A stretch of DNA of 64,000 bases from Bifidobacterium breve. Lineage in GTDB: Bacteria; Actinomycetota; Acidimicrobiia; Acidimicrobiales; Microtrichaceae. Numbering within the stretch: the first letter of the stretch is position 1; each line of letters begins with the position of its first letter. The stretch lies in the NCBI GenBank assembly GCA_945901935.1, contig CAMDLX010000001.1:8632-72631 (forward strand), read 5' to 3'. The position numbers and the translations under genes were made by a program. Below the pieces are notes generated by a model. That model worked only from the letters and a program-made list of their open reading frames with translations, did no database searches and was not told the DNA's origin. Shown piece by piece: positions 19,087 to 28,136 of this stretch.

Positions 19087-19485
19087 ATGCCCGTATACGA
19101 ATACCGCTGCAAGAACTGTGCGCATCAGTTCGACATCCAGCAATCATTCTCTGACGACTCACTGACAGTCTGCCCGGACTGCGGCCAAGCCGAACTTCGC
19201 AAGGTGTTTCAGCCAGTAGGAATCACGTTCAAGGGCTCAGGCTTCTACAAGAACGACAGTCGCTCAGGGTCCTCTGATTCTGGGTCTTCGGGTTCATCTT
19301 CAACAAGCTCATCCTCGGCAAGCTCAGACTCATCAGGCACAGACTCATCAAGCACTGGATCATCAAGCTCAGGATCATCAAGCTCTGATTCCTCGAAGAG
19401 CAACTCCGGGTCTAGCTCCGACTCAGGTGGCTCGAGTGATAAACCTGCCAAAGCAACTCCAACAAAAACCACAGCTACTGACTAG
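19087..19485 (+). CDS. FmdB family zinc-ribbon protein with Ser-rich tail
   Basis: MPVYEYRCKNC...CPDCG...GITFKGSGFYKNDSR; start ATG 19087. Confidence 0.92.
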   Translation: MPVYEYRCKNCAHQFDIQQSFSDDSLTVCPDCGQAELRKVFQPVGITFKGSGFYKNDSRSGSSDSGSSGSSSTSSSSASSDSSGTDSSSTGSSSSGSSSSDSSKSNSGSSSDSGGSSDKPAKATPTKTTATD

Positions 19486-19511
19486 CGGCCTAACAGCCTG
19501 GGGGTACAGAC

Positions 19512-19943
19512 GTGAATGATCAGGACCACACACAGGACTCAGGTATCGGGGCTGTGGGTTGGATGCGCTCTGTAGTAATCGACGCTCATGACCCCGTGCT
19601 CCTTGCCCAATTCTGGTGCAACGTGCTCGACGTCGAGATAGTCGAGAGCGAAGCAGACTGGGTACAGCTCAGCCCCGACCCCGGGGGAACGTTCTTTGCG
19701 TTCCAGCCCAGCACTGCGCCAAGGCCAGAGTCACTTGTTGCTCGACCAGATATTGAAGTGACTGACATCGACCACGCCCGAGACCGCATCATCGAACTAG
19801 GCGGTTCCTACGTGCGAACGATTCAGGAACTCAAGGGTGACCACCACTATGTGATGGCAGACCCTGAGGGTAACGAGCTGTGCTTAGTCCAACCGCTGCC
19901 ACCGGAATTGGCTCGGCCTCGTTGGGGCGACCAAGCAATCTGA
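19512..19943 (+). CDS. VOC / glyoxalase family protein
   Basis: VVIDAHDP..LAQFW...FAFQP...VMADPEGNELCL. Confidence 0.88.
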   Translation: MNDQDHTQDSGIGAVGWMRSVVIDAHDPVLLAQFWCNVLDVEIVESEADWVQLSPDPGGTFFAFQPSTAPRPESLVARPDIEVTDIDHARDRIIELGGSYVRTIQELKGDHHYVMADPEGNELCLVQPLPPELARPRWGDQAI

Positions 19944-20983
19944 TGAGTCACTTTGTCCCTCCCGAGAAGGACCAAGTCAAACCGCTCTTTAGCGCAGTAC
20001 TTGGAGCACTCACGTGGAGCGGAGGCGGACCAACCGAGCTGCAACTCGACTTGTTGCAATCTCTGCTCAACGCGTTTGCCCAGGGGACTCCCCAGGTAGT
20101 CAGAGAGTTCTCCCCCATTTCCCCTGAAACGGCTCGCGCCGAGCTTGGGGACACGCTCCTACTCGAGCAGTGCGTCAACTTGGTGACCATCTTGGAATTC
20201 ACGTTGCATCCCCTACCAGTAGGCCTAGAAAAGCATGCGGAGCAGTACCTGCGTGAACTGGGGACAGAACCCAGGCTCCCCGAGGTTCTGAGAGACACAT
20301 CCGAAGAGCACATGCTTAGGCTCCATGCCGATCTGATGCGGAACTCTTGGTACACCGAGCAGACCATCAAGGGAATCTTCACCGGCAACATGGGAGAACT
20401 TCTGCGGTCAAAGCTTGCTTACTACTCGATTGGAAGAGACGAAGCGCTAGCGGCAAAGTGGGAAGGGTTACGAGACTGCCCCGAAGGATCTTGGGGCCAT
20501 GGTGTTGCGCAGTTCTACGACATGCACGAGTTTGCGTTTCCCGGTGAACCGACAGGGATTTATGAGATTGGCGCCTTGCATGATTGGGTTCACGTGCTCA
20601 CCGATTACGACACCTCACCCGAAGGTGAGATTGACGTATTCGCCTTTATCGCAGCAACTATGGATGACCCTCGTGGGTTTACTCAGTTCATCTTCACCTT
20701 GGCTCTTTTTCAGAATGCAAGCATCACCACCGTGGGCGGCAAAGAGGTCATGATTGCCAGAGCTGACACGCTTTCGGATGCAGGCGCTAGCGATCACCTT
20801 GCCGATGCGTTCTGGCGCGCAGCGCAGTGCACTGCAGATCCAATGGGCGGAGTGGACCACTTTGCGCTTGCTAACACTCCGCTGCAGGAACTTCGGGAGC
20901 GCTGGAATATCCCCCCGAAGTCCTACCCATCACCTGGAGCGCTCGATAGTGCGAGCAAAAACTCGCAACTACTTTCTGACTAG
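19943..20983 (+). CDS. Hypothetical protein with Coq4-like C-terminal domain
   Basis: L..CPEGSWG...FY...HDWVHVLTDYDTSPEGE resembles the Coq4 HDxxH...E motif; TGATG-coupled to the VOC gene. Confidence 0.6.
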   Translation: MSHFVPPEKDQVKPLFSAVLGALTWSGGGPTELQLDLLQSLLNAFAQGTPQVVREFSPISPETARAELGDTLLLEQCVNLVTILEFTLHPLPVGLEKHAEQYLRELGTEPRLPEVLRDTSEEHMLRLHADLMRNSWYTEQTIKGIFTGNMGELLRSKLAYYSIGRDEALAAKWEGLRDCPEGSWGHGVAQFYDMHEFAFPGEPTGIYEIGALHDWVHVLTDYDTSPEGEIDVFAFIAATMDDPRGFTQFIFTLALFQNASITTVGGKEVMIARADTLSDAGASDHLADAFWRAAQCTADPMGGVDHFALANTPLQELRERWNIPPKSYPSPGALDSASKNSQLLSD

Positions 20984-22386
20984 CTCGCTGGAGTTGGCGC
21001 ATCAGCAGGTGAAGCAGCAATTCGCCCACTGCTCGCCGCGGCTGCAATTCCCATGCCGAGCAGCGAGACCAGAACAATCACCCAAGAGGCGCGCTGTAGC
21101 CCAGCAGCAAAATCCTCAGTCTGTGTGGTGTTGCTCCCAGAGGAGGGAACTGAAACCGCCATACTGGCGATTGCAACACCCGCTGCCACACCCACGTTGC
21201 GCAGCGAAGTCAACAAACCCGAGGCAACCCCAGCGTCGACATCTGGAACCGCAGTCATGGCCGCAGTGGTGGACACGTTGTAGGCAAGGCCTTGGCCGAT
21301 ACCGGACAGCGCCATGGCCACAATCACAAGAGCAATTTTGCTGCTAGTTCCTAGCTGCGTCAGTGCGACAAAGGAGACAGCAATCAGAAACATTCCCAGC
21401 ATCATCGGTGCTCGCATACCAGCGAACTTCACGACCCGACCCGTCAGGGCACCCATGATGGCGAAGGGAACGGAGTAGGCCAAGAACACAATCCCTGTCA
21501 TGGCGGCAGACAAATTGCGTACATCTTGAAGCCAAAAGGTCATCAAGATATTGATTGCTCCGAAACCCCAATTAGCTAAGAAGGCAACCGCAACTGGGGG
21601 ACGATACGCACGGGCATGCACAATCGCCGCCGCAATAAGTGGTTGGGCCGAGAATCGCTGCTGCAACACAAATACTCCAAACAGCGCAACACTGAATGCA
21701 AGCGGCCCAAGCACCCAGGGGCTCTGCCACCCCTTCATTCCAGCCTCTTGCAATCCATAAATCACACAGGTGACCGAAGCAGTTGCGAGCAGGGCTCCGA
21801 CTAGGTCGATTGGTCGCTTATCCCCGAACGATTCGGGCACGTAGCGAAGGATCATGAGGAGCGCAGCGAGCAGGACGGGAAGGTTGAGCGCAAAGAACCA
21901 GCGCCAACCAAGTGTCGCTACTAACAGTCCGCCGACCACCGGTGCGGCAGCCGCGGCGGTGCTTCCGATGGCGCTCCACATGCCAATCCCCCAGGCCCGA
22001 CGGTCACCGGTGAACGAGGTACTGACCACCGATAGCGATGCAGTCATAAAGAGCGCCGTTGCGAAGCCTTGAATCACGCGAGCAATGATCAGCACATCGA
22101 ACACAGGAGCCGTCGCAGCAAGCAGAGTGCCGACCGAGAACACCAGTACGCCGATCACCAACATCCGTTTGCGTCCATAGAGATCAGCAGCCCGGCCAGA
22201 AACCAACAGCGGTCCCGCCGCTCCCAACGCGAATGCGTTAATCACCCACCCCGTGCTACTCGCCGGAACATCGAGCTCACGGCCAATGTCGGGTAGGGCA
22301 ACCGCTACGCCAGAAAAGTCGATACTGAGCACCACAAGCGGCAGGGCAACAGCAATCAAGATGGCAGTGGTGTTCCGGCTCGACAC
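20980..22386 (-). CDS. MFS transporter, DHA2 (14-TM) type
   Basis: VALPDIG, WVINAF, GRAADLYGRKR, ARVIQG, GWRWFFALNLPV; start approximate. Confidence 0.9.
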   Translation of the reverse strand: MSSRNTTAILIAVALPLVVLSIDFSGVAVALPDIGRELDVPASSTGWVINAFALGAAGPLLVSGRAADLYGRKRMLVIGVLVFSVGTLLAATAPVFDVLIIARVIQGFATALFMTASLSVVSTSFTGDRRAWGIGMWSAIGSTAAAAAPVVGGLLVATLGWRWFFALNLPVLLAALLMILRYVPESFGDKRPIDLVGALLATASVTCVIYGLQEAGMKGWQSPWVLGPLAFSVALFGVFVLQQRFSAQPLIAAAIVHARAYRPPVAVAFLANWGFGAINILMTFWLQDVRNLSAAMTGIVFLAYSVPFAIMGALTGRVVKFAGMRAPMMLGMFLIAVSFVALTQLGTSSKIALVIVAMALSGIGQGLAYNVSTTAAMTAVPDVDAGVASGLLTSLRNVGVAAGVAIASMAVSVPSSGSNTTQTEDFAAGLQRASWVIVLVSLLGMGIAAAASSGRIAASPADAPTPAS

Positions 22387-22494
22387 AGTGATGAAGAGTA
22401 GAACAAGAGCCGAGACGAAACAGTGGCCACGAGCAGAGCAGCACTGGCACACTGAAGGCCATGACCACCGACCGGAATGCGCTCTGGGGCACAA

Positions 22495-22575
22495 CCCTAT
22501 GAAGCGCTACCCCATATGAAGACCGCCCCCACATGAACGCTGCTCCCACATGAACGCTGCCGCCACATGAACGTC
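22495..22575. repeat. Five degenerate 17-bp tandem units (CCCACATGAACGCTGCy)
   Basis: ATGAA at 22499, 22516, 22533, 22550 and 22567, an exact 17-bp spacing. Confidence 0.85.
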
Positions 22576-23580
22576 TACTCACAGGCAGAGGCTGAGCAAG
22601 TCCTGAGTCTGGCACCTTCAACTCCGAGCGACCTTGGGTTGTTCAGCTCAAACACCCTCTTTGGGCAGCCGGGAATTTATCCGGATGGCCCACCAATGCA
22701 ACCCGCTGTCGGCGCGCCCTTGAACGAGCAGCAGGCCGCTGCGACGCTGGCCGATCTCCTTCAGCCGGGAATTGCCGGCGAGATGATCAAACTGTTTGCT
22801 GATCCAGAACTGCAAGCTCGAGTCCCCGACCCAAGCGTTCGCGCAGCGCTGCTATTGCTCAGCGGTGGGCCAGCGCAGGCAATGCTCGAGGCATTCCTGC
22901 AAGGTGAGACCGAGGTACTTCGTCTTGGCGTGGGCATTCCCGATGGTGAGGGGCGCGTCATCGGGTTTGAGGTTGGAGAGTCTGACCAGTCGCGGCGTGT
23001 GCTCAATACTCGTTACGAGTCGGAACACCCAGCGTTCATCGCACCCTCGCTAGCGCACGCACTTTGTCATCACGGAGATCGCGCCAGCAACGCAGAGGAA
23101 GCAACCCTTCACGGCATATTGGGCGCAGTTCATGCTTGGCTCTTAGCTACCAACCCTTCACTCAGCGCCGCAAGGACTGAACTTTCACGTCGGCAAGCCT
23201 CGCTCACCATCACACTGCTGAATGCTCGAAGCCCCGGTTCTTGGTTGGCCTCGGTGCGTTGCCCAGAAGGGCCCGGCACCATCCCAGAAGGCAATCCGAT
23301 TCTGCAATGCCCAGACTTATGGAGCATCCCCTTTACTTCTCGTGCCGATTCAGATTGTGACCTCTCTCTTCCTGTGCCCGTTCAACAAGCCTTGGCCTGC
23401 TTGGCCTCAGAGTCCGCTGCTGCAGTACCTGAGCGCTACTCAGACTCACTCGGCGAGTGGCTCACAGCGAACCTAGGTCGGGGCAGGTTCTTTGGCGCAG
23501 TCCCACGCGCCCAAGCCGGCTGGGCGCTCGGCTTACTCAACCGGGGAGGCACCCCCGAGCCCACGAACAACGAGAAGTGA
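22567..23580 (+). CDS. Hypothetical protein with degenerate zinc-peptidase-like motif (HALCH...EE)
   Basis: 337-aa ORF filling the gap before map; function not recognised. Confidence 0.6.
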   Translation: MNVYSQAEAEQVLSLAPSTPSDLGLFSSNTLFGQPGIYPDGPPMQPAVGAPLNEQQAAATLADLLQPGIAGEMIKLFADPELQARVPDPSVRAALLLLSGGPAQAMLEAFLQGETEVLRLGVGIPDGEGRVIGFEVGESDQSRRVLNTRYESEHPAFIAPSLAHALCHHGDRASNAEEATLHGILGAVHAWLLATNPSLSAARTELSRRQASLTITLLNARSPGSWLASVRCPEGPGTIPEGNPILQCPDLWSIPFTSRADSDCDLSLPVPVQQALACLASESAAAVPERYSDSLGEWLTANLGRGRFFGAVPRAQAGWALGLLNRGGTPEPTNNEK

Positions 23581-23605
23581 TTCGATCTTCTAACATGGGG
23601 TTCCC

Positions 23606-24559
23606 ATGGCAAAGCGTAAGCGTCGTTCTACTCTCCCCGAACCGCAGTCACCTCCTGTCATTGCCGGCTTGATCGGCCCCATGAGGACAGTTCCAGCTGG
23701 AATTGCTCGTCCCGATTACGCGGCCACCGGCGAGCCATCAACTCGCGCTAGCCGCGCCATCCGTACCGCAGATGAGATTGAGGCCATGCGTGTAGCGGGC
23801 CGAGTTGCCGCTGAGGCTCTGATCGAGGTGGGACGCCATGTTCGACCAGGAATCACTCACGATGAGCTTGACCGCATTGGGCATGAATTCATGGTCGCTG
23901 CTGGCTCGTATCCCTCAACGCTCAACTACCGGGGGTTTCCTAAGTCTCTGTGTACCTCGGCAAACGAAATTGTTTGTCACGGAATCCCCGATTCTCGCAA
24001 ACTCGCAGACGGAGACATCGTCAACATTGACGTCACCGCTTACATAGAGGGAGTGCACGGAGATACCTCTTGCAACTTCTTGGTGGGCGAGGTTGACGAC
24101 CGCTCTGCCCAACTCGTTCGCCAAACTAGGGCTGCGATGCACGCAGGTATCTCGGTGGTCAAGCCGAATGCTCGCGTGTACGAGATCGGCCGAGCGATCG
24201 AACAATCAGTGGCCGAGTTCAACTACGGAGTCGTACGCGAGTTCATTGGTCATGGCATTGGCGATCAGTTCCATACCAGCCTGCAAATTCCTCACTATTA
24301 CGATCCTCACAACGACACCGTGCTCCTACCGGGGATGACCTTCACCGTCGAACCGATGATCAATCTGGGATCGAACCGGCTCGAGATGTGGGATGACGGT
24401 TGGACCGTTTCCACTCGGGACATGCAGCGATCCGCTCAGTTCGAACACACGGTTTTGGTCACCGAGTCTGGCTTTGAACTTCTCACTATTCCAGCGCAAG
24501 GCCCACCTGCAGATGCGCTGTTTGCCGACGTCAAACTCGGGTTGCAGCCCGCTCCGTAG
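23606..24559 (+). CDS. map: Type I methionine aminopeptidase
   Basis: FPKSLCTSANEIVCHGIPD, GDIVNIDVT, HGDT, GHGIG, FTVEPMI, SAQFEHT. Confidence 0.97.
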   Translation: MAKRKRRSTLPEPQSPPVIAGLIGPMRTVPAGIARPDYAATGEPSTRASRAIRTADEIEAMRVAGRVAAEALIEVGRHVRPGITHDELDRIGHEFMVAAGSYPSTLNYRGFPKSLCTSANEIVCHGIPDSRKLADGDIVNIDVTAYIEGVHGDTSCNFLVGEVDDRSAQLVRQTRAAMHAGISVVKPNARVYEIGRAIEQSVAEFNYGVVREFIGHGIGDQFHTSLQIPHYYDPHNDTVLLPGMTFTVEPMINLGSNRLEMWDDGWTVSTRDMQRSAQFEHTVLVTESGFELLTIPAQGPPADALFADVKLGLQPAP

Positions 24560-24628
24560 GGCCAGCGTTAGCCCTCACTCCCCTCTTACTTCCCCTGCCG
24601 TCTAGTCGAACTGAACCAGGAGAAGTCC

Positions 24629-25354
24629 GTGAGTCGTACCCCTGCGCCGTCACGGCCGACGGCGCTGCGATACCGCACTGCCGCTGCAGCACTTAGCGCC
24701 CGACTCAGCCAGTATCGCTCTCGTGTGGAACAGTCCTCACTAGCTCGACGCGTACTGTCTCGACGGTTGCTGGTGCTCGTGGTGGCACTCACGGTTGGTT
24801 GGCAAGTCACCGGTCAGCTGAAGGCCGCTCAGCGCGCTCAGCAGTCTTGGGGGAACAGCACTGCAGTAGTCATGGCTGCTCGACCACTCAAGGCCGGAGA
24901 ACTCATTGACTCAGCCTCAGTTCGAGTCGAACAGATTCCAACACGCCTCCTGCCCGATGGAGCGCTAGTCGAACTGCCACTGGATCGTCGCGCCAGGATC
25001 GAAGTCGCCAAAGGCGAGATTCTGTTGCAGAGTCGCGTCTCGGCCGTTGGTGCAGGAGCTCTAGGCGCAACGCTGACAGCTGATACCCAAGCTGTGACCC
25101 TGTCGCTTGGTGAGGCCCCAGCCCCTGTTCAGGTCGGGGACATCGTAGATGTCATCTCGGTAAGGACTACTGCAATTGGCCTTGACTACGGCGCAGTTCA
25201 AGGAGACGAGGTCGAAACTGACAGGGTGGCCACCGCTGCTCAGGTCATTCAAGTCACCCAAGGTCAGGCAACTCTTGCTGTGCGCACGGGACAGGTCGAT
25301 GAACTCGTGCGAGCGGCTTCTACGTTTCCGATCAGTCTCATAATCCTGAGGTAG
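24629..25354 (+). CDS. SAF-domain (CpaB/FlgA-like) protein
   Basis: TM followed by VVMAARPLKAGELI, GEILLQSRV, VQVGDIVDVI. Confidence 0.75.
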   Translation: MSRTPAPSRPTALRYRTAAAALSARLSQYRSRVEQSSLARRVLSRRLLVLVVALTVGWQVTGQLKAAQRAQQSWGNSTAVVMAARPLKAGELIDSASVRVEQIPTRLLPDGALVELPLDRRARIEVAKGEILLQSRVSAVGAGALGATLTADTQAVTLSLGEAPAPVQVGDIVDVISVRTTAIGLDYGAVQGDEVETDRVATAAQVIQVTQGQATLAVRTGQVDELVRAASTFPISLIILR

Positions 25355-25413
25355 GACGCGACCGGATAGGGCGCTACTCGATAGGGCGCCACTGGCTAGA
25401 ACTCGAGTGCTCC

Positions 25414-26790
25414 TTATGCTCCGGAGAGCGAAACATCTTGGATGACCAAGGAACATGCACCGTCGCCGCCACGCAACCATTCAAAGTCTCCGCCGACTTC
25501 TGAAATATCAAGTAGGAGTCGTTGAAGCGTTGATGCCAATGTGAGTTCTCGAACCGGCTCAGCGAGCGACCCGTTTCGAATCATCAGGCCATCTGCGCCT
25601 ACTGAGAAGTCACCCGAGATGGAGTTCACCCCCGAGTGCATCCCGGACAGACTATTGACATAGAGGCCCAAGTCGATTGAGGACACCAACTCCTCAAAGC
25701 TGCGAGTCCCCGGCTGCATCACAAGCAGTTGTGCACCAACGCCCGGCAGACTTCGTGTGCCTCGCACTGCTGAACCCGTAGAGGCCGACCCGCTGCGCCG
25801 ACCCGAATAAGAATCCTGAAGGAATCCTTGCAGCACACCGTCTGAGATCAGCAGATTGGACCGACATGCAAGCCCTTCCCCGTCTACCTCTTCAGCACCA
25901 ATTGACTCTGATCGAGTGGGGTCATCGGTCAGCGAGAGCAGTGGGGATGCAATCTGCTCGCCTCGACGTTCACCGAACGGCGAGCGGCCCTTCAGGACGG
26001 ACTCCCCTGACAACATTCCCGAGACAATGCCCATCAACGAGATTGCCAAGCGGGGCTCTAGAAGAATGGTCATGCGAGCAGAAGGAGGCTTGACGGCACC
26101 GAGGAGTCGGGTGGCTCGATCAACTGCCTCAGCAGTTGCATGGTCAAGATCTAGCGACTCTGGGACCCGACCCGAGTCGTAGCCGAATCCAGTCTGAGTT
26201 TCTTCGCCCACGCGGGCTAATGGCTGTGTAGATATGGAGCAGGAGGCACCGCGGTCTACAGCTTCAATTCCCGCTGTTGACAAAATCACCGACTCACCCC
26301 ACGCATCGCCATAGGCAGTGGACCGGATCCCCGTGATCCGAGAATCTGCGGCAAGCACCCTTTGTTCAAGCTCTAGGGCAAGTGCGATCTTTCTTTCTAC
26401 CGGAAAGGCAACTACCGAATCCGACCACCCATTTTGAGCAACAACCTCTACGCCGTCAGGCTGGGCAAGGCCGTTCCACTGGTCAGGTTCAGCAAACTCA
26501 AGGTTGTCTCGTGCTTCACGCAGCGTCTCGAGCAACACCGTTGGATCAAGACTGCCGCAATGTGCAAAGCCCAGTCGGCCGTCGCGAATGATGCGGATTC
26601 CAGCACCCGATGAATCCGCTGAGGTGAGCGACTCAACTTCTCCCTCATAGACCTTGACGGTGGTTGAACTTGCTCGGCTCAGCAGCACTTCCACCTGTTC
26701 CGCGCCTGTGGCCTGCTCAAGCACCGACGCAGCAAGCGCCAACAAATCTTCGGAGTGGCCAGACTGCGGCGTAGACACTGTTGCGGTCAC
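25414..26790 (-). CDS. TldE/PmbA family protein (second paralog)
   Basis: DGEGL, GVLQGFL, STGSA, HSGVNSISGDFSVGA; no HExxxH. Confidence 0.9.
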   Translation of the reverse strand: MTATVSTPQSGHSEDLLALAASVLEQATGAEQVEVLLSRASSTTVKVYEGEVESLTSADSSGAGIRIIRDGRLGFAHCGSLDPTVLLETLREARDNLEFAEPDQWNGLAQPDGVEVVAQNGWSDSVVAFPVERKIALALELEQRVLAADSRITGIRSTAYGDAWGESVILSTAGIEAVDRGASCSISTQPLARVGEETQTGFGYDSGRVPESLDLDHATAEAVDRATRLLGAVKPPSARMTILLEPRLAISLMGIVSGMLSGESVLKGRSPFGERRGEQIASPLLSLTDDPTRSESIGAEEVDGEGLACRSNLLISDGVLQGFLQDSYSGRRSGSASTGSAVRGTRSLPGVGAQLLVMQPGTRSFEELVSSIDLGLYVNSLSGMHSGVNSISGDFSVGADGLMIRNGSLAEPVRELTLASTLQRLLLDISEVGGDFEWLRGGDGACSLVIQDVSLSGA

Positions 26791-28136
26791 TGTCCGGACA
26801 TCGTCACATCTGCAATGGCCAAGGTCAGGCCAGTTGACTCCCAGGGGAAATACGTCAGGTCCGACCCGATGGCAACCACATCGCCGAGCATTCGCTGGAG
26901 AGTCGACCCGATGGTTACTTCTCGGATTCCCTCGGCAAGTTCACCGCCCCGAATACGTACGCCATCAGCGCCCACTGACAAGTCACCCGAAACTGGGTTG
27001 ACTCCAGAGTGAAGCCCCGCAATGTCATGTACCAAGAAACCGTTTCCGACCTGCGAAATAATCTCTTCTGCGGAGAGGTCCCCCGGCATCAGCTTGATGA
27101 CATGTGGCCCCACTCCAGGCGCCGCACGGTGACTCCCTCGCTGCGCTGACCCTGTGGAGTTCGTTCCGGCAACCCTTGCGGTGTACGCGTTATGCATGTA
27201 ACCCGACAGCACGCCGGCATCAATGAGCGGGACTCGTCTGCAAGCCAGGCCCTCTCCGTCGGTATCAGAAGCAGTCGGGCTGAGCGGATCTGTTGCATCG
27301 TCAAACATGGTCAAACTCGGTGCCGCAATTTCTTCTCCGACTCGTCCTGCAAACGGCGATCGCCCACGAATCACGGACTCGCCAGAGAGCATCTCTGCAA
27401 TCAGACTGAGGAACTGCGAAGTGACGTAGGGGTGCAGCACAACGGTCAGGCGCTCGCTCGGCGCTTTTGTTGCGCCAAGCAGGCGCACGCAGCGCTGAAC
27501 CGCCTCTTGTGCAGCAAAGGCCAGATCCAAATCTTGCAGGGCACGGCCTACCGAAAACCCAAAACCAGTGGTGGTGTCTTCCTCGTCTCCAGCTAACGCA
27601 TAGACCCCTAGATACACCGAGGTTTCTGCGCTTGAGCGTCTGATGCCAGTGGTGGATGCAAGGGCTGTAGCCATCACAGAATCGGCATAATCCGCAGACT
27701 CGATGCCAAAAATTCTTGGGTCACCCGCTCGGACCTGGGCCTCGAGTTCGATCGCCAAGCGAATCTTCTCTTCGGTGTCAGCATGCACGAGCCGCTCATC
27801 GAAGAGTGACAACTCCTCGGGCTCCACGCCGTCGGGTTCTGCTAGGCCGGCATTGGGATCTTCTGAACCAAAGCTGGCATTGTCGCGAGCCTCGGCAAGA
27901 CACTCTTTGAGCGCAGCGTCATCAAGCACTCCGGCCCAAGAAAGGCCCTGCTTTCCTTGCGAGATCATCCGGATTCCGACACCTGCTGAGTCGGCCGAGA
28001 CGAAATGCTCAACCTCTCCCTCAAAGGCACGAACCTCGGTATCTCGACTCCAAGCAACTACTGCCTCAATCTGCTCGCCGGGCTCCGCCATGGAAACAAT
28101 ACGATCGGCGATTTGTTGAAGTTCTTCTGGGTTCAC
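26787..28136 (-). CDS. TldE/PmbA family protein (first paralog)
   Basis: DGEGL, GVLSGYMHN, STGSA, HSGVNPVSGDLSVGA; no HExxxH. Confidence 0.9.
   Translation of the reverse strand: MNPEELQQIADRIVSMAEPGEQIEAVVAWSRDTEVRAFEGEVEHFVSADSAGVGIRMISQGKQGLSWAGVLDDAALKECLAEARDNASFGSEDPNAGLAEPDGVEPEELSLFDERLVHADTEEKIRLAIELEAQVRAGDPRIFGIESADYADSVMATALASTTGIRRSSAETSVYLGVYALAGDEEDTTTGFGFSVGRALQDLDLAFAAQEAVQRCVRLLGATKAPSERLTVVLHPYVTSQFLSLIAEMLSGESVIRGRSPFAGRVGEEIAAPSLTMFDDATDPLSPTASDTDGEGLACRRVPLIDAGVLSGYMHNAYTARVAGTNSTGSAQRGSHRAAPGVGPHVIKLMPGDLSAEEIISQVGNGFLVHDIAGLHSGVNPVSGDLSVGADGVRIRGGELAEGIREVTIGSTLQRMLGDVVAIGSDLTYFPWESTGLTLAIADVTMSGQ

Noticed and set aside
19260-19440. Ser-rich low-complexity tract
   Set aside because: Ordinary feature of actinobacterial FmdB proteins.
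22495-22575. Repeat arrays (also 48057-48107) as CRISPR
   Set aside because: Units are 17 bp, contiguous and have no unique spacers; no cas genes recognised.
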